DNA of 64,000 bases, from contig JBHGNT010000021.1 in the NCBI GenBank assembly GCA_043228905.1, positions 11,966,001 through 12,030,000 on the forward strand, in the 5' to 3' direction. Positions 21,863 to 36,006 of the stretch are shown in pieces; positions within the stretch are counted from its first letter, which is position 1; every line of letters begins with the position of its first letter. The notes under the pieces were generated by a model that saw only the letters and a list, made by a program, of their open reading frames with translations, had not been told where the DNA came from and did no database searches. Origin of the DNA: Azolla caroliniana (lineage: Eukaryota > Plantae > Polypodiophyta). A program made the translations under genes and the position numbers.

Positions 21863-22675
21863 TTACCATGCTTGTATACATATCTGATGTTGTGCTTTGG
21901 GTAAGCACTTGGTCAGTACATCTGCAGGGTTCTTTGATGTGTGGACCTTTATCAATGTGATAAGGCCATCCTCAAGCACTTCTCGAATGAAGTGATATCG
22001 CATATCAATATGTTTTGTGCGTACATGAAACATAGCATTCTTTGCCAAACAGATGGCACTGTGGCTATCACAACCAAGAATGGGTGCCTTTTCAGGCAAA
22101 CCAAACTCACTGCATAGACGTGCTAACCATATTGCTTCCTTGGAAGCCTCAGTGGCTGAGATATATCCAGCCTCGGTAGTGGACAAATCAACAACCTTTT
22201 GCAGCCTACTACACCATGATACAGCACCACTTGCAAGTGTGAATACATAACCACTTATGGATTTCCGTGTATCCACGTCACCTGCCATGTCAGAGTCACA
22301 GAAACCCTTCAGCTCTAATGGGTCTTTTCCATAACAGAGGTATATATTTTTAGTCCCTTTTAAGTACCTCATAATGGACTTTACTGCATTCCAATGTGCC
22401 TTGCCCGGATTAGCCATGGATCGGCTTACAACTCCCACTGCATAGGCAATATTAGGTCTAGTAGCAACCATAGCATACATAAGTGAACCACAAGCTGAAG
22501 CATAAGGTACACCATGCATGTCATTGATTGCTTCTTTTGTCTTAGGACAATCTTCCTTAGAGACTTTATCATATGGCTGTAATGGCACTCCAAGAAGCTT
22601 TGCGTCAGCCATACAAAATCTGTCCAGCACCTTGTCAATGTATTTTTCTTGAGATAAATACAATGTGTGCTGCTC
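21863..22675 (-). mobile_element. Copia RT/RNase H fragment
   Basis: LSQEKYIDKVL, PYASACGSLMYAM, CDSDMAGD, RTKHIDMRYHFIRE. Confidence 0.9.
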
Positions 22676-23386
22676 CCTTTGTCTCCCAAACTCGTAGGGT
22701 AAGACCCTCCATCCATCCTTCATCCTTGAAGGCTCATCCCGTGGGATGAAATGCTCCCGCACTCATAGCTTGAACTCTTCCCAACTTTTGAAGGGCCTCC
22801 TTCACTTTCTGAATGGTACCAATCCTTAACATCATCCTCAAGGTACACACTTGGTACCATCACCTAAGCTCGTGGCATCATCCCACACCACTCCAAGTGG
22901 TTCTTCATGTTGATGATCCACTTCTCAAGCATCGAGGACTCCCTTGTCCCCAAGTTCTCCCATGGGGGCACCCTTTTGTAGCTTCTTTCATGCGATTCAT
23001 CCTTCTTGACCTGTTTCTTGCTCCTCCCCTTGACTTGTTAAGAGTCCAAGTAGTTGTGCCATCACGATCTCCACCTCGCTGTCTTGCTTTTATGGTTCCT
23101 CAATCGTGATCGATTCCCGATTCCTTCTTCCATCTCCTTCTCTTTCCTTTCCCACGACCGCCTTCGTTTTCCTTGGCATTGTTCTCCACCACCCGTTGTC
23201 GTGGATGTCCGCGAGTATGTGTCGAAACGGGGCGGGACCACCGGGCTCTTGGACCAGAGAGACAGAGGAGGAAAGACCGAGCCTCACCGGTACCGGTTAC
23301 ACCACCTGAGACACCGACTGGAGCGTCGCCGATACCGAATACACATAGGAGGCAACCGAACGAGAGAGACAGAGAGAGAGCCCAGA

Positions 23387-23575
23387 TGGATGTAGCTCAG
23401 TTGGTAAGGTTGCCCAATGGAGACCAGGTGGTCATGGGTTCAACCCTTACATTCCACAGTGGCATTTAGTGAATTAATAGATATATAAGAAGTATATAAT
23501 AGAGAGGTGAGGAAGTTGGGTTTTGAACCTAGAACGCAATGCTTGTAGTGCTAACAACTTACCACTAGGGTAAGG
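23387..23575. other. Two convergent tRNA-derived (Pol III A/B-box) units, SINE-like
   Basis: + unit TGTAGCTCAGTTGGTAAGG...GGGTTCAACCC (23387-23456); - unit CTAGTGGTAAAG...AGGTTCAAAACC (23575-23513). Confidence 0.5.
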
Positions 23576-24074
23576 TAATTACGATGAGAGAGAGAGACTC
23601 TTACTCGACACACACTCCTTGCATACAGAAAACCAGAAAAAGAATACATCTCCGGCTTTGAGCTTGACCGAGCAGATCAAACTACAACGACCTTCTGCTA
23701 GCAAGTCTCTAGGTGGGGAGCTCTCGGGGTTGCCGCACTGAATGGAGTCCTTGCGCTGAAGACAGAACAGAAAATCAAAATCCTCAAAGCATACGAGCTC
23801 GAGCAGAACTAACCCTAGACACCAAAATGGAACCCCAAACCCTAACAGACAAACAAGACCAAAACAAATCCGGACCAACTCCAAAAAAAATGGGGAACCG
23901 CTTTACAAGAGACCCCTCCCTCTTTTATAGCTTAAGGAGGGAGGTAGTTATGTTACAAATCGGTCAAATATTCCTCTTTTCCGAGGATATATTTGCCTCG
24001 ATATCCGGAGTGGTGATGGGAGAAGTACATTCAATTACCCTCACTTTCACACTCCCCCACTTCACTATACGAGG

Positions 24075-24480
24075 AGTAAATGGACGCTAACTGGGTGGGA
24101 AACCCACCAGCCACAAGACCTACTAGTGGATACATGTTATCGCTAGGTGGCAGTATAGTAACGTGGAGCAGCAAGAAACAACCAATGGCCGCTCTCTCCA
24201 GCACAGAAGCGGAATACAGAGGAGCGGCAATAACTGCGTATGAAATTGTATGGCTAAAGTGACTTCTACTTGATCTAGGGATCAAAGTGCCAAGCACGAC
24301 AGTGATATATTGCGATAACATGAGTAGTGTTCAACTCGCTAAGAACCTTGTGTTTCATCACGCAAGAAGCACTTTGAAGTACGTTATCTCTTCATCAGAA
24401 AATGGGTTCTTGTCAGTGACAAGATAACGATGTGTTTACAAAGGTTGCAGGAGTTCAGAAGAGGACTTGGAGTACAACGA
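24075..24480 (+). pseudogene. Copia RNase H remnant
   Basis: DANWVG..TSGYMLSLGGSIVTWSSKKQ..ALSSTEAEYR, with frameshifts downstream. Confidence 0.8.
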
Positions 24481-25680
24481 CTTGCGATAACGGGCAACAA
24501 CTATCAATACCAGACAAAGATCTAGTAGAGCGGGCTAATCAAGAACTGGTGGGAGGAGCAAGCTAGCAAGCGAGCTTCTGGGATAGCAGTAGCCCATAGC
24601 AGGGATTTTGTAAGAGTGCATAAGCACTCTGTCCACATAGGACATCATATAATCCTACATGGTTAATCACATTTTTGTAATTGAGGCTATATATAAAGAG
24701 CCATGGAGCAGAGATTTCAACAAAAAGGACCTTGTGCATAAGTGAAAGAGATACATTGTGTGATCGATCGAAAGAGATGTGATGGTGTGGTTGGTTGCTC
24801 CAAAACACCAAGGGAGTAGGTTGTGTGAGGAAAGAGAAGGTAGAGGACTTTTTGAAATATGGAAAGCAAGATTAAGCTGCTAAAAGTTCCTACCTCATTA
24901 TGAGAGATTTGGATCAATTCTTATTGGTAAGTGACTTTTAGGTCATTTTGGCAATGTTCACATACAGCCAATGACCAAAAGTTATATAGATAATGCAAAT
25001 GCATGTAACCCCCTAAATTTGGGGCAAAAAAATATAGTAGAAATATTCCTAGAAAGATATAATGCAAATGCTTGAAACCCCCCAAATTTGGGTCAAAATA
25101 TACAAAAAAGGACTCCTTGGGGCCTTATCCCCAACAATAAGTAGGACCCAGGAACAACTACAATTGAACATAATGCTAGGATGAAACATGCTTCTTGGTT
25201 CATCCACAAGGAATTATAAGGCCAATGACTTGGTCATTGCCAAAGAAAAATATCCCCAAGGTGTTTGCCCATGGAAAATCAGTTCATAAGGACAATGGCC
25301 ATCTTCTATAACACAAATGTGGACTGGATGAGCTTTATACCTTAGTCATGCCTAGATTTACACTTACCCACTGCCTTATGAACCATATGGAAATGATTGA
25401 ATTTTTTTGTTTATAAATATTTTTCAAATTAATTTCGATTGGAGTTCATTCAATACATCTCATGATGAACGAAGTGATAGGAAGAGAAGAACACATGATT
25501 GTGGGTAGCTCTTTAATACCATGAAACCGTAGGAGTCCAATTGCATTCATCTGTCAACCTATGGCGTTATAGCCTTATTAAGGTTCTGGGCGTTGTGTGT
25601 ATGCTTGTGTAACATTGAACTCAGCTCTAAGGTCTTTAGCACTAAAGCTAGTTTTTCTAATTGATATCTACCATTTGCAG

Positions 25681-25743
25681 GCGAAAAATCTCTTATGGCT
25701 CCTAAGAGAACAAAGGCAAACCGAAGGAGCTGACATGCGTTGA
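25681..25743 (+). CDS. Last exon of the PUB4-like gene (AKNLLWLLREQRQTEGADMR*)
   Basis: TTTGCAG acceptor at 25680, phase 0 with the donor at 16047. It completes GTPRAKQK-AKNLL..R.QR, as in PUB4-type C-termini. Confidence 0.8.
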   Translation, partial: AKNLLWLLREQRQTEGADMR

Positions 25744-27429
25744 GATCATCATCATCATTGAGTTCCTTGGGGTTTATTTCTGCTTCTAGTTTATATTGTC
25801 GATGGGGAACATTGATTTGCTACCATACTTGATGATTGGATATCCTGCACCAAAATTGAAGTGAAAAGCCAATATTAAGATGGGATTTATGATGCATCGG
25901 CAAGCTTAGTTGATAGTTTTGAGGTGGGGTCTTCAGGTCGACTAATCCTCAATGGTTGGCTCGTATTGTTTGGCTTTTGCATTTGTGTATCTATAGAGAA
26001 CAAAATTAGTGTGTAATGCTTGCTATTTAACTTGAAAATTTCTATTGTTAACCAAACGAATCATCATTGTTACTCTATTTTTTACTATGGTTGGTGCACC
26101 ATATACATATAGTTGAGAAGAAAATTCCTATGTTATACATCAAAAATTTCAAGAGATTCTATGTTAATTTGAGAGAGATCCTAGCTTTTAATATTTAGAG
26201 ATGTTTTGATAACTTAGTGTGTCACGTCTTTAACATGACAGTCTAAACACAAACAATGTTTCTAACATGAAAAAAAGTTATCAAGAGTAATGAGTGGAAT
26301 GCTTCATAATCTATTTTCTTTATGTCACAACATATCAAGATCAAGCATGAGACATAAATTTGGAAAAATGATGATCATGCATGCATACACATAAATAGGG
26401 GCAAACAAAAACACAAACACAAACACAAACACAAACACAAACATAGATAGATAGATTCAAATATATACATGCACAGGAAACACATGCACACATGGAATAC
26501 ATGTGCACACAATTCATGCATGCACACGAAGACATGTGTGAGAGAGAGCGAGAGAGGGAGGGAGAGAGAAAGGTGTTGGGCAAAGTCCTAGGAACAACAT
26601 TAGCGTTTTGGTTACATTTGAACTTTTGCCAATCAATCTGGGGGACAATTGGAATTGATTTCGCCAAGTTTTCCTACCAATTGGACACAATAATTTGTGG
26701 ACTCTCTATATCCATATGTACATGGGGCGTCTTAAAGCCCATACGGTTGCATCATACATAAGCGTAGGGGGGGAAGTGTGCCAAAGTTCAAGGTTAGCCA
26801 AAGTTGCATATCCTTAAGTGAGTCCATCCATGGTGGTGTGGGCATAGAGAAATCCCATTTATGCTGGTAAATTTGCACCCTAGATATAGACAAGAACCCA
26901 CCACTTCAACATGCCCTCTTGATAGGTTGAAGCAAACTTATTAGAAAGTCAATGTGGATGCATGGACGTTCATGGCCTTAATATTTCCAAGGTTTAAAGT
27001 GAGCTGCTTTTCACAAGGAATACCTTTAGGTTATGAGATGATATTGTATACTTGCACAAGATTTAGACACCAAGATTATGTCGTCAATATAAAATCTCAC
27101 CATCTCCATGTTGCTACCTCATCTATGTAGAGGCCGAAGCAAGTAGGGGAGGGAGAGCATATTTGCTTCATAGAATGTCCTCTATCTATTCAGAATGTTT
27201 TCTCCATATGTCCATGGATATTACAGGCTCTTCGAGTGATCTAAGACTTGTAACAATGACACTAAGGATGGAATAAGTCATTTTGAATGTGAATGTGAAA
27301 TTCATGCACAAATTTATTCTCTTTGGCGTCTTTTCCCTTGATGTTTTCTCTCAATATTATTTGCAATAGTTTTGTTTCCTCAATTTCTTTTACATTGAGA
27401 TGTGAGTGTGTAAAAGTTAAGATGCGTCT

Positions 27430-28590
27430 CTCCTATTTGGCTCTTGGTTCCAGACATCGATCTGTCTCCAGCTTATTCAGCCGGTTTGGATCCGGTTGAG
27501 CTTGTCTGCTCAACACTCCCCCTCAAGCTCAACTTGAGGTCGGATCAAGGTGAAAGTGTTTGCCGGTCCTTCTCTCCGGCTCCTCCTGTCTTGCTTGTGC
27601 TCCTTGTCCCATCCGGTTCCGCGCTCCTCGACCTTCTCAGTTGGCTTGTTTGCTCATAAGACCCATCTAAGCTCCTTTGTTGCTGTGACTTCGGCGCTTC
27701 TTGACCCATTGGTTCCTCCGTGTCGGGGGTCGACTTCCACTGTCTTCTTGTCCGTTTGGCCTCTAGTTGATTCGGCTCCTCTGAACCAAACTCCTCTTCT
27801 GAATCGGCTGCCTCCGATTCGTTCCATCTCCTATCCGAATTGGCTGTCTCCAATTCATCCTTGATCTTCAGGCCCTTCACCACCTCGGACAATGTCCGGG
27901 TCTTGGCCTTCTTCTTCCGGTCGGCTCTGTCTTTCTTGACTCTACCGCCATCACCGCTTGTTCCGACTTGATCGGATGTGCCGATTTCTTCAGTTGACTT
28001 GGCTCCCTTTTCCTTCTTGTCTCCCCCTGTTTGGGTTGCTTCCTTTCCGGTTCTCCCCCTCAAGTGCGGCATGTCGAGATGTTGAAGACCAAACGTCTCC
28101 AAAAAATGCTGCAACTTGTCGGTTCCAAGGGCCTTGGTGAAGATGTCGGCAACTTGTCGATCCGTCAAGACATACCGGAGTTCGACTTCACCGGTGAGGA
28201 CCCCCTTCCGCACAAAGTGGTGGTGCAGTTCTATGTGCTTTGTTCGAGCATGGAACACGAGGTTCTTGGCTAGCTGCATGTTACTTATGTTGTCGCAGTA
28301 GATCGGGATCGGAGTCGGTACTTCGATCCGGAGGTCGTGCAATAGCCGCCGAAGCCATATGGCTTCACAGGTGGGAACGGTAGCGCCCCGATACTCAACC
28401 TCAGTGTTTGACAAAGCCACAATCAGCTGCTTTTTGCTGCTCCATGCAACAATCGTGCTACCTAGAGAGAACATGTAACCGGAAGTGGACCGACGATCTG
28501 ACACATCAACAGCCCAGTCGACATCTGTATATCCGACTAGCTTTTCAATTATACTATGTCGGTATAACAATTGCCGATCCTTAGTGCCGC
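27430..28590 (-). mobile_element. Copia RNase H + 3' region + PPT + start of LTR
   Basis: GYTDVDWA..RRSTSGY..RTKHIELHHHFVR. Minus-strand GAGGGGGAG-TGTTGA at ~27525-27511. Confidence 0.85.
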
Positions 28591-28729
28591 TTATTTGCGT
28601 TGTCGACTCTGACGCGGGGGCGGATGGGTGGTAACACGTATTTTCAGTATGATTGTATCATTTATATCTTTATATTAGGATTAATGATCTTGGTTATTAC
28701 ACAGTGGTCCTCATCACTCTTAGAAAATT

Positions 28730-29690
28730 TGACCGATTAGATGAAGTCATTGAATTTTTGGTACCACTATCTTGGTGCGTGCTTGAGGCCATACAAACTT
28801 TTCTTGAGTTGGTAGACTAGACGTTCTTGGTCGGGTATCACAAAACCTTGCAGCTATTCCATATATATTTCCTCCTCGACATCACCATGGAGGAAGGTTG
28901 TCTTAACGTCGACCTAGGTAAGCTGCAAATCTTTAGCTGCCAGAACACCGAACAAAAATCAAAGGGTGGACATTTTCACTATTGGTGAAAAGATTTCATC
29001 AATGTTGATGCCATAATCTAGTCGGAAACCCTTCACGACCAATTTGGCTTTATACTTGAGATTGGCCAAATCAGGCGTCTCTTTTAGTTGATAAACCCAT
29101 TTGCATGGAAGAGCATGCTGATTTTTCGGCAATTCAACTAAGTCCCATGTTTGATTGTGTTGAATGGAGTTCATTTCAGACTCCATCGCCAAATGCCAAG
29201 TGGCCGAGTCGGCACATGCCGATGCTTCTCCATACGTCGTTGGCTCGCCGACATCCGTGAATCTAAGAGATAGGAGAGTATCTCTTCCGTGGCTGAGACA
29301 ATCCTTCAGATCTTCGTGGTACGATTGGCCTCGCCGGATCATCACCGATGATCATTTCCTTAGTAGCCGATCCACCCTATGGAGCGCTACTTAAGCTTCT
29401 CTTTGAGATAGCTTGTTATGAAGTACCGGTTGTTGCCGTACTTTGGACCATGGAGACAACTTGTCGTCTTGCTGCTCTCGTGTTTTGGGCTCGGTCATCA
29501 AGAAGAGTCTGAACGTCTGAAAATGTGACTCTTCTGACTTCCATTGGACTTTCAGCCGGCTTGTGCATCCCGACTCATTGAAAACGATGTCCAAACTTCG
29601 AACGACTTATCTGTTTTCCGGATCCAAGAGTCAGTAGCCCAATTCGCCCTCTGGTCTATAACTAAGGAAAATGCATTTTTGTAACCTCAG
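28730..29690 (-). pseudogene. Decayed copia integrase/RT fragment
   Basis: EPTTYGEA..AMESEMNSI..TWDLVELP..CKWVY..EIFSPIVKM; SLYGLKHAPR near 28790. Confidence 0.85.
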
Positions 29691-32600
29691 CTCAAGCTTT
29701 CAACAATATGTGTAATATGTTTATTCTTTTATAAAATAATGAGTTGGCATCACCGATTAATGCCACAAATGTGATGGCTTTTACAAGGTTTAAAATAAAT
29801 CTAGTATGAAAATGGGAGAATGATGGGGGCAACTTAAAGCTTCTTGGGAGCGTGAGTCGAGTGGACCGCCCAGACCGCAAATACTATCAACAGCTATGAC
29901 GACTCAGTGTCAAAGTAGTGTCCTTGGGTTATTCCTTGCTCCCTTCAAATGGCTAGTAAGCAAGCTCGTGGAGTCTTGTCACAAACCTACCCACAAGTGA
30001 CAAGCTTGGTGACGATGAAGACTACTAAGACGGCTTGCTAATGTCAAGAAGAAGAAGAGAAAATAAATAATGCTATACCTTAATGCGAAACCCCATGTCG
30101 AGCTCCAAAATCTTCAAAGACAAACATTGAGAAGAAAAGCCCATCCTCCCGAAGCCGACTCCAAAATGCCAAAAGGCAAAGTATGAAGAACCCTTAAATG
30201 AGTCCTCTTCCCCTCATTTTTAGAGGGAGAGAGGTGCTTCACTTTATATTAATGCAACTATTCCCTTTTTGCTTCAAAAATACAAAAAGAGAAAATATTC
30301 CTTAATACTTGCCACAACAACAAAGATTCAAACTTTACACCTATTTTGTTAAGTCAATGGTCTTAACCATTATATGCCATTTACATTTACTTATTCGTAT
30401 TTACATGTACTAGTTTGTGGCTCCCCCAAATTTTCCCTTTTCTATGTTTTCCACCTTCGGGCACATCACATCACGACATTGTAGTAGCCTGGGGCATGTG
30501 AAGTCCCCAAAATTTTGGTTCAATGGAGGTGGTCTTATTTGACAACACTATGAGGGAAATGGAGAGTATTGTCGCGTCAAGCGTTAATGAGAATAAGGTG
30601 ATTCCAGACAAATCATTTGACATGTATATCGATATTGAAGAACTTTGGTGGATGATTGAAGAGGAGAAGATGGTCAAGGTACATACAAACTACAAGACCA
30701 TGGATAAGAAGGTAAGTGTTTGCTCCCTTCCTAGATGATCCTAGATTGAGGGATTTGCACAACATAGGGCATCAATTCACTGACGAAACATGAGGGAAGC
30801 CTCAAATGGGTGGGGATGGCTTCATATTGCCTGAAGAGGAGGCAATGTTCAAGTGGATGCTTAAAAGCAAGGAAAGAGCTTTTGGAGTTATGTCTCCTAA
30901 TCGAGATTATTGTTTCCTCTATTGTTTACCAAATGGGTAAGAGTGGTTATTAATCACTCTTTAAGATATGCAAGAGTAGATTATTGTTTACACTATTGTT
31001 GGCCAAATGGGTAAGAGTGGTCATTAATCACTCTTTAAGATATGCAAACTTCATGTTAACAATCTAAACAACTCTCTCCTGACTCTAATTAATTTATTCA
31101 GAAGCACATGGTTTAACTAAAGATATAAATTCCACATCTTATGCACAATGTTAAAAGAGAAGAAAATCTAATTAGAAAATAAACAAATATACCATTACTA
31201 TAAATCAAGATTAGTGATACACTTAGAATTAAATTAGCATTAATCGATGAATCTCTAGTTTAAATCACAACACCTTAAGAAGTTAAAACCTAATAATTTG
31301 AGCGTTATATCTTCATCTCCGTTCATATTATGTCATATTATGTGAATAGAAGGCCCTTAGCCTAATATTTAAAACGTGTTCTCTTTCACATATCATACCA
31401 ATGTTGGTGAAGCATACGCTATATATACTTGTTTTAGTGCAGCAATCTTGGGGCTCGTACCACAAAACTACCACTAATCTTCCTAGTGGGGGAATTCAGC
31501 ACATACTAACAAAACCTTTTGCTTGGGCTTGTCGTGCCTTTTTTGGTCTATAGAGGCTTACTTATCTTGTAGTCTACCTACCCTTGCTATTTTTAGTTTC
31601 ACAGCATGTTGCTAAATTTTTGGTTTAATAACAGAACATATCGTAAGGAAGTCCCTCAGCCTCATGCTTTTACCTTTTCTTATAGTCTAGCAGTCCTTGC
31701 TATTTTTGGTTTTACAACATGTTGCTTTGTCTGGTTCAATAACACAACATATCATAGTGAATTGTAGGGTACCATTTGACCAAAAGCCCTTCAGGTCAAG
31801 CCTTTATCTTTCTTTATATAACAATGTAGAGATATGTTTGATCTACAAGTTTAAAGTTTCCCACTATACGAAAAATCCATGTTGTTTCAACTTAGCGCAA
31901 ATCCTCAATAAAGTGAGTTATAATAACTACCAAAAAAACCTAATTCTGCCCAATGTAAAGTCGTCAAAGTTCAATTGCTAATAGAGATCTAATGAAGGAA
32001 TTTCATAGCTTGACAACATTGTACTTACATGCGTCATCAACTAGCGGGATTGTGAAGCTAGCACTAGTTGTGGGGATCATTGCATTTCCTCAAGTTGACC
32101 CAAAGTAGCAAATGCATGTGTCGATGTGGCACTCAGTGCCAGAACAAGAATTTAGTGATAGAAATCATCAATTCGCATGATGCATGTGCTCATTCAAAAG
32201 TTCCTCACCATCTCCCGTGTACGATATTTTGCATTGGTTTTTCCTTGCTTTAATTTCATTTTAACAAAAGAAAAAATGTATTTAATATTCACAAATATGG
32301 TTTTGTTTCACAAACCAATAACTAAACACACAACTTTAATTGGCATAGGCTAGGAGACCCATGAATTATACATATTTTTTCCTAATCAAGTTCAAGAGCC
32401 TAAGTACCAAGACTCTCACTTTGATTCAACCCTCTACTGTTGACCACAATTGAATTTGCTCTCAACACATTGACAATCTAACCCACTCCTTACAGTTCTC
32501 TCTCACAATGCGCACTCTCAATTGGAACATTCTCAAAGTTCTGAACATCATGAGTCACTACTCAATTACATACATCATTGTGTTTTGGTTCCAATTGTTA

Positions 32601-33434
32601 ACACATGCCTCGAGTTTAGATATCATTTGGAACACCATTTTCATTGCGTTGAACCATATTTTTGCTCTTTGCTAAACAATGTAGCTTTGCTATACGTGCA
32701 AGAGCTCCTTGGTTGTTTAAAACATAAACTTGAAATATAAGGTTCATCCCCATCCTAAAGGAAATGGAGCACGTTCAAGTGAGTGTTTTAATAGCTTATA
32801 AGAAAAAATGCCATTATTTTAGTCTCCCTATATTTCAGTCTCTATTTTGTACTCATGGAGTTTGCCATATCCATCATCATAGCACATTGATTCAAAATCA
32901 TTTACCCACCAAAATCTAATATGTTCATTAGTGTTCAAATCAGAAACCCCTTATATGATATTACCCACCAAAATCTAATAGTTAGTCTTCAACTCAGAAA
33001 TTCCTTAAATGAATTTTACCTACCAAAACCTCATATGTTCAGTAGTGTTCAAACCAGAAAAACCCCTTACATGACGTGTTAATGTGTCCTCGAAGATGGT
33101 CATTATTAAGGAATATTAGGAATCCTTGACCACATTATACCTGATTAAACATTTCTAACGTTGCTAAATATAATATTTACAGCACACAATACTATCAAAC
33201 ATCTACTTGTAAACCTACAAATAAAAATATAAACATGGGAAAGTTTTACTTCTATAAACACAAACCAAGCACTTTAGAAAAACATACAATTAGAAGATAT
33301 ATATAAGCCAGCTATATTTTACTTGACAACCTATTTCAAAGTTCTCCAAAGTTGCACACACCAGCACTCGTTTACTCTCAAGGTCATAGCCACATTAGAT
33401 TTATTTCCACCCTCATTTGAAGAGGTGACATTCT

Positions 33435-35868
33435 TCAAATCATCATTTTGTTCACGAGGTGCGGGACCTCCATCCGCCTTCTCCTTAATCTATTCGCAAT
33501 GATGAAAGAAAGTTCGAGAGATTGTGATGCATTGAGTCTTGGATCGCAATGAGTGTGATACCGAGAATGCAAATCATCAATCATGACAGCATTGGTGCCG
33601 CCAATACATTCAGTAACGTTTTGCCCGGTCATCTCCAAATGTACTCCACCTGGATGGCTTCCTTCCTCATCATGGACATCACAGAATGCCTTCAACTCCG
33701 CCTACAAACAAACAGGGACAAAACCATTGAACCCCGGAATGATCAATCATTAGAACTTTTGAAGTAAAATTTGATCAAAAACATCCATGATAATTTTTTG
33801 CATTTACCCAAGTAACATCAAATACATAATACATTACCCGAATCAAATCAAATGGTCGTGTTTTCAGCCCGGACGGGGCCCTGATAGTGTTCCCGTGCAT
33901 CGGATCGCTAACCCATGTCACAATGAAACCTGATTGCCGGATAGCACGGATAAGGTGGGGTAGCTTCTCTCGAACCTTTTCGGCACCCATTCTCACGATG
34001 ACAGTGAGACGGCCTGGCTTATTACTGGGATTGAGCAATTCACAAGCTTTGACTAACTCCGATGGCTCCATCTTGTCGCTTACCTGTACTAGTGAAAAGT
34101 GAAATAAAGTTGTTGAATAGAAGATTATGGTATTTTTCTGTTGTTGCAGGGCAAGGCCCACGGAGACAAGTACCAACATTCTTTTTCTCCTACATGTTTG
34201 AAATGCTTCTGCTTGGTCTTAAGAATTTACTATTTATTCTGACAATACGCAAAATGCTAAGAGAAATTTAGGGATTCATGGGAATATAAACTTAAATTCC
34301 ACCAAATCATTTTATACTTAGTGTCTCCTTGTGCTTCCTTATAATTGTCTACCCCAAATTATACACACCTTTAGCCCTAGCGGATTCGCTATGCCCCGTA
34401 GAAATTCCATGTGGGCACCATCCAGCTGCCGCGTTCTCTCTCCAACCCAGAGCATGTGAGCCGAACAGTCATACCAGAGGCCCGAGGTCGAATCCAAGCG
34501 TGTCATTGCCTGTTCGAATGGTAGTAGAAGACATTCATGGGATGTCCAAAACTCGGTTGTGTTCATTATGGGGTGATCCAATGTCAAACCACAAGCGGAC
34601 ATAAACCCAAGTGTGTCATCGACCCTATGGGCAAGCTCTAGATACCTGGTCCAACAGAACTATGTTCTCCCATTAACAGCCATTGTATAGATATATCATA
34701 TAGCTACTAAAAAACATTCCAAAAAGATGTTCTCTCTTCGGGTTGGGGATGGGGATGTTCTCTCGACTCCGTTCCATCAAGAAGAGATGGTGTCATACTT
34801 TCTCTGCATATCAACACACATCAAGAAGAGAAAGAACCCACCTGCTACCTTGATCCTTGTTCGAGACGAAGTCGAGATTCCATTTCGACACCCTTTGCAT
34901 GGCGGCATAACCTCCGGTTGAGAAGGCCCTCAGTAGATTGAGAGTGGCTGCTGCTTGACTATAGGCACGCAGCATTCGGTGAGGATCCGGGCGTCGAGAA
35001 GCATCATCAAAGGGATCAGCATTCACATTATCTCCTCTGTAGCTTGGCAATTTCACACCATTGATGGTCTCAAAGTTATCCGACCTCGGCTTCGCAAACT
35101 GCCCGGCCATCCTGCCCACCTGAAACACAACAGAAATCAATCCAGAGCAATATAATCCTCCTCCCATGGGCGCTTCAAGAGGCAGAGTGAAAAAAGAACT
35201 CTTAAAACTTGGAGAGGGAGAAGCAACAGAGAGAAAAACCTTACCTTGACCACAGGTAGCTGACCACCGAACATAAGGACGACAGCCATCTGGAGGATGA
35301 CACGGAGGGTGTCCCGAATGTTGTTGGCATTGAATTCTTTGAAGCTTTCGGCACAGTCACCGCCCTGCAGGAGGAAGGCACGGCCCATGGCCGCCTCCCC
35401 GAGCCGATCCTCCAGCCGCCGGCTCTCTCCAGCGAACACAAGAGGAGGATACGTCTCCAGAGTGGTGAGAACCGACAGCAGCTCCTCCGGGTCCGGGTAC
35501 TGAGGGAGCTGAAGCGCTGTCTTTTCAGTCCATGAAGAGGGGGACCACGACGATGATGATATGGTACCACCCACTTCTGACCTCTCCACACAACCTCTGC
35601 ATCTCCTCTGGTACTTCTCATCGTACACAACAACAACAACAACAGCAGCGGAGAGTGAGAGTGAGAGTGATGTGAAGGTGAAAGGTGGTGATTGGAGAGA
35701 AGGACGCAATCGGGCGGCTGATAGATGATGATGACTTGGCTTCTTCTTGCTACACATCTCTGTGCTGGTTGATGCTGTCAGGGTCGCCGCCATAGCCATC
35801 GGAATCGTAGCTTTGACGCTGCCTATTATGTGAGAAGAGTGATCCGGAAAGCTAGAAAAAGCTGACAT
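33435..35868 (-). CDS. DHS: Class II DAHP synthase (phospho-2-dehydro-3-deoxyheptonate aldolase), likely plastid-targeted. Exons 35868-35245, 35119-34842, 34645-34369, 34083-33838, 33701-33435.
   Basis: [82 protein letters not shown] introns are in phase and the N-terminus is Ser/Thr-rich. The start codon could be a later Met. Confidence 0.95.
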
Positions 35869-36006
35869 GCCCCCACAGTTTGCTTCAGTTTTCTTTTTGA
35901 GTCAGTCGGTGATTGTGATTTCATCTGTTGGATTCATTGATTGATTGATTGATTGAGGGACACAGAAACAGAGACAGAGACAGAGACAGAGAGACTATAA
36001 AAGACG

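Noticed and set aside
26400-26570. ORFs with VCVC/ERER runs
   Set aside because: Microsatellites (CAAACA)n and (GA)n, not coding.
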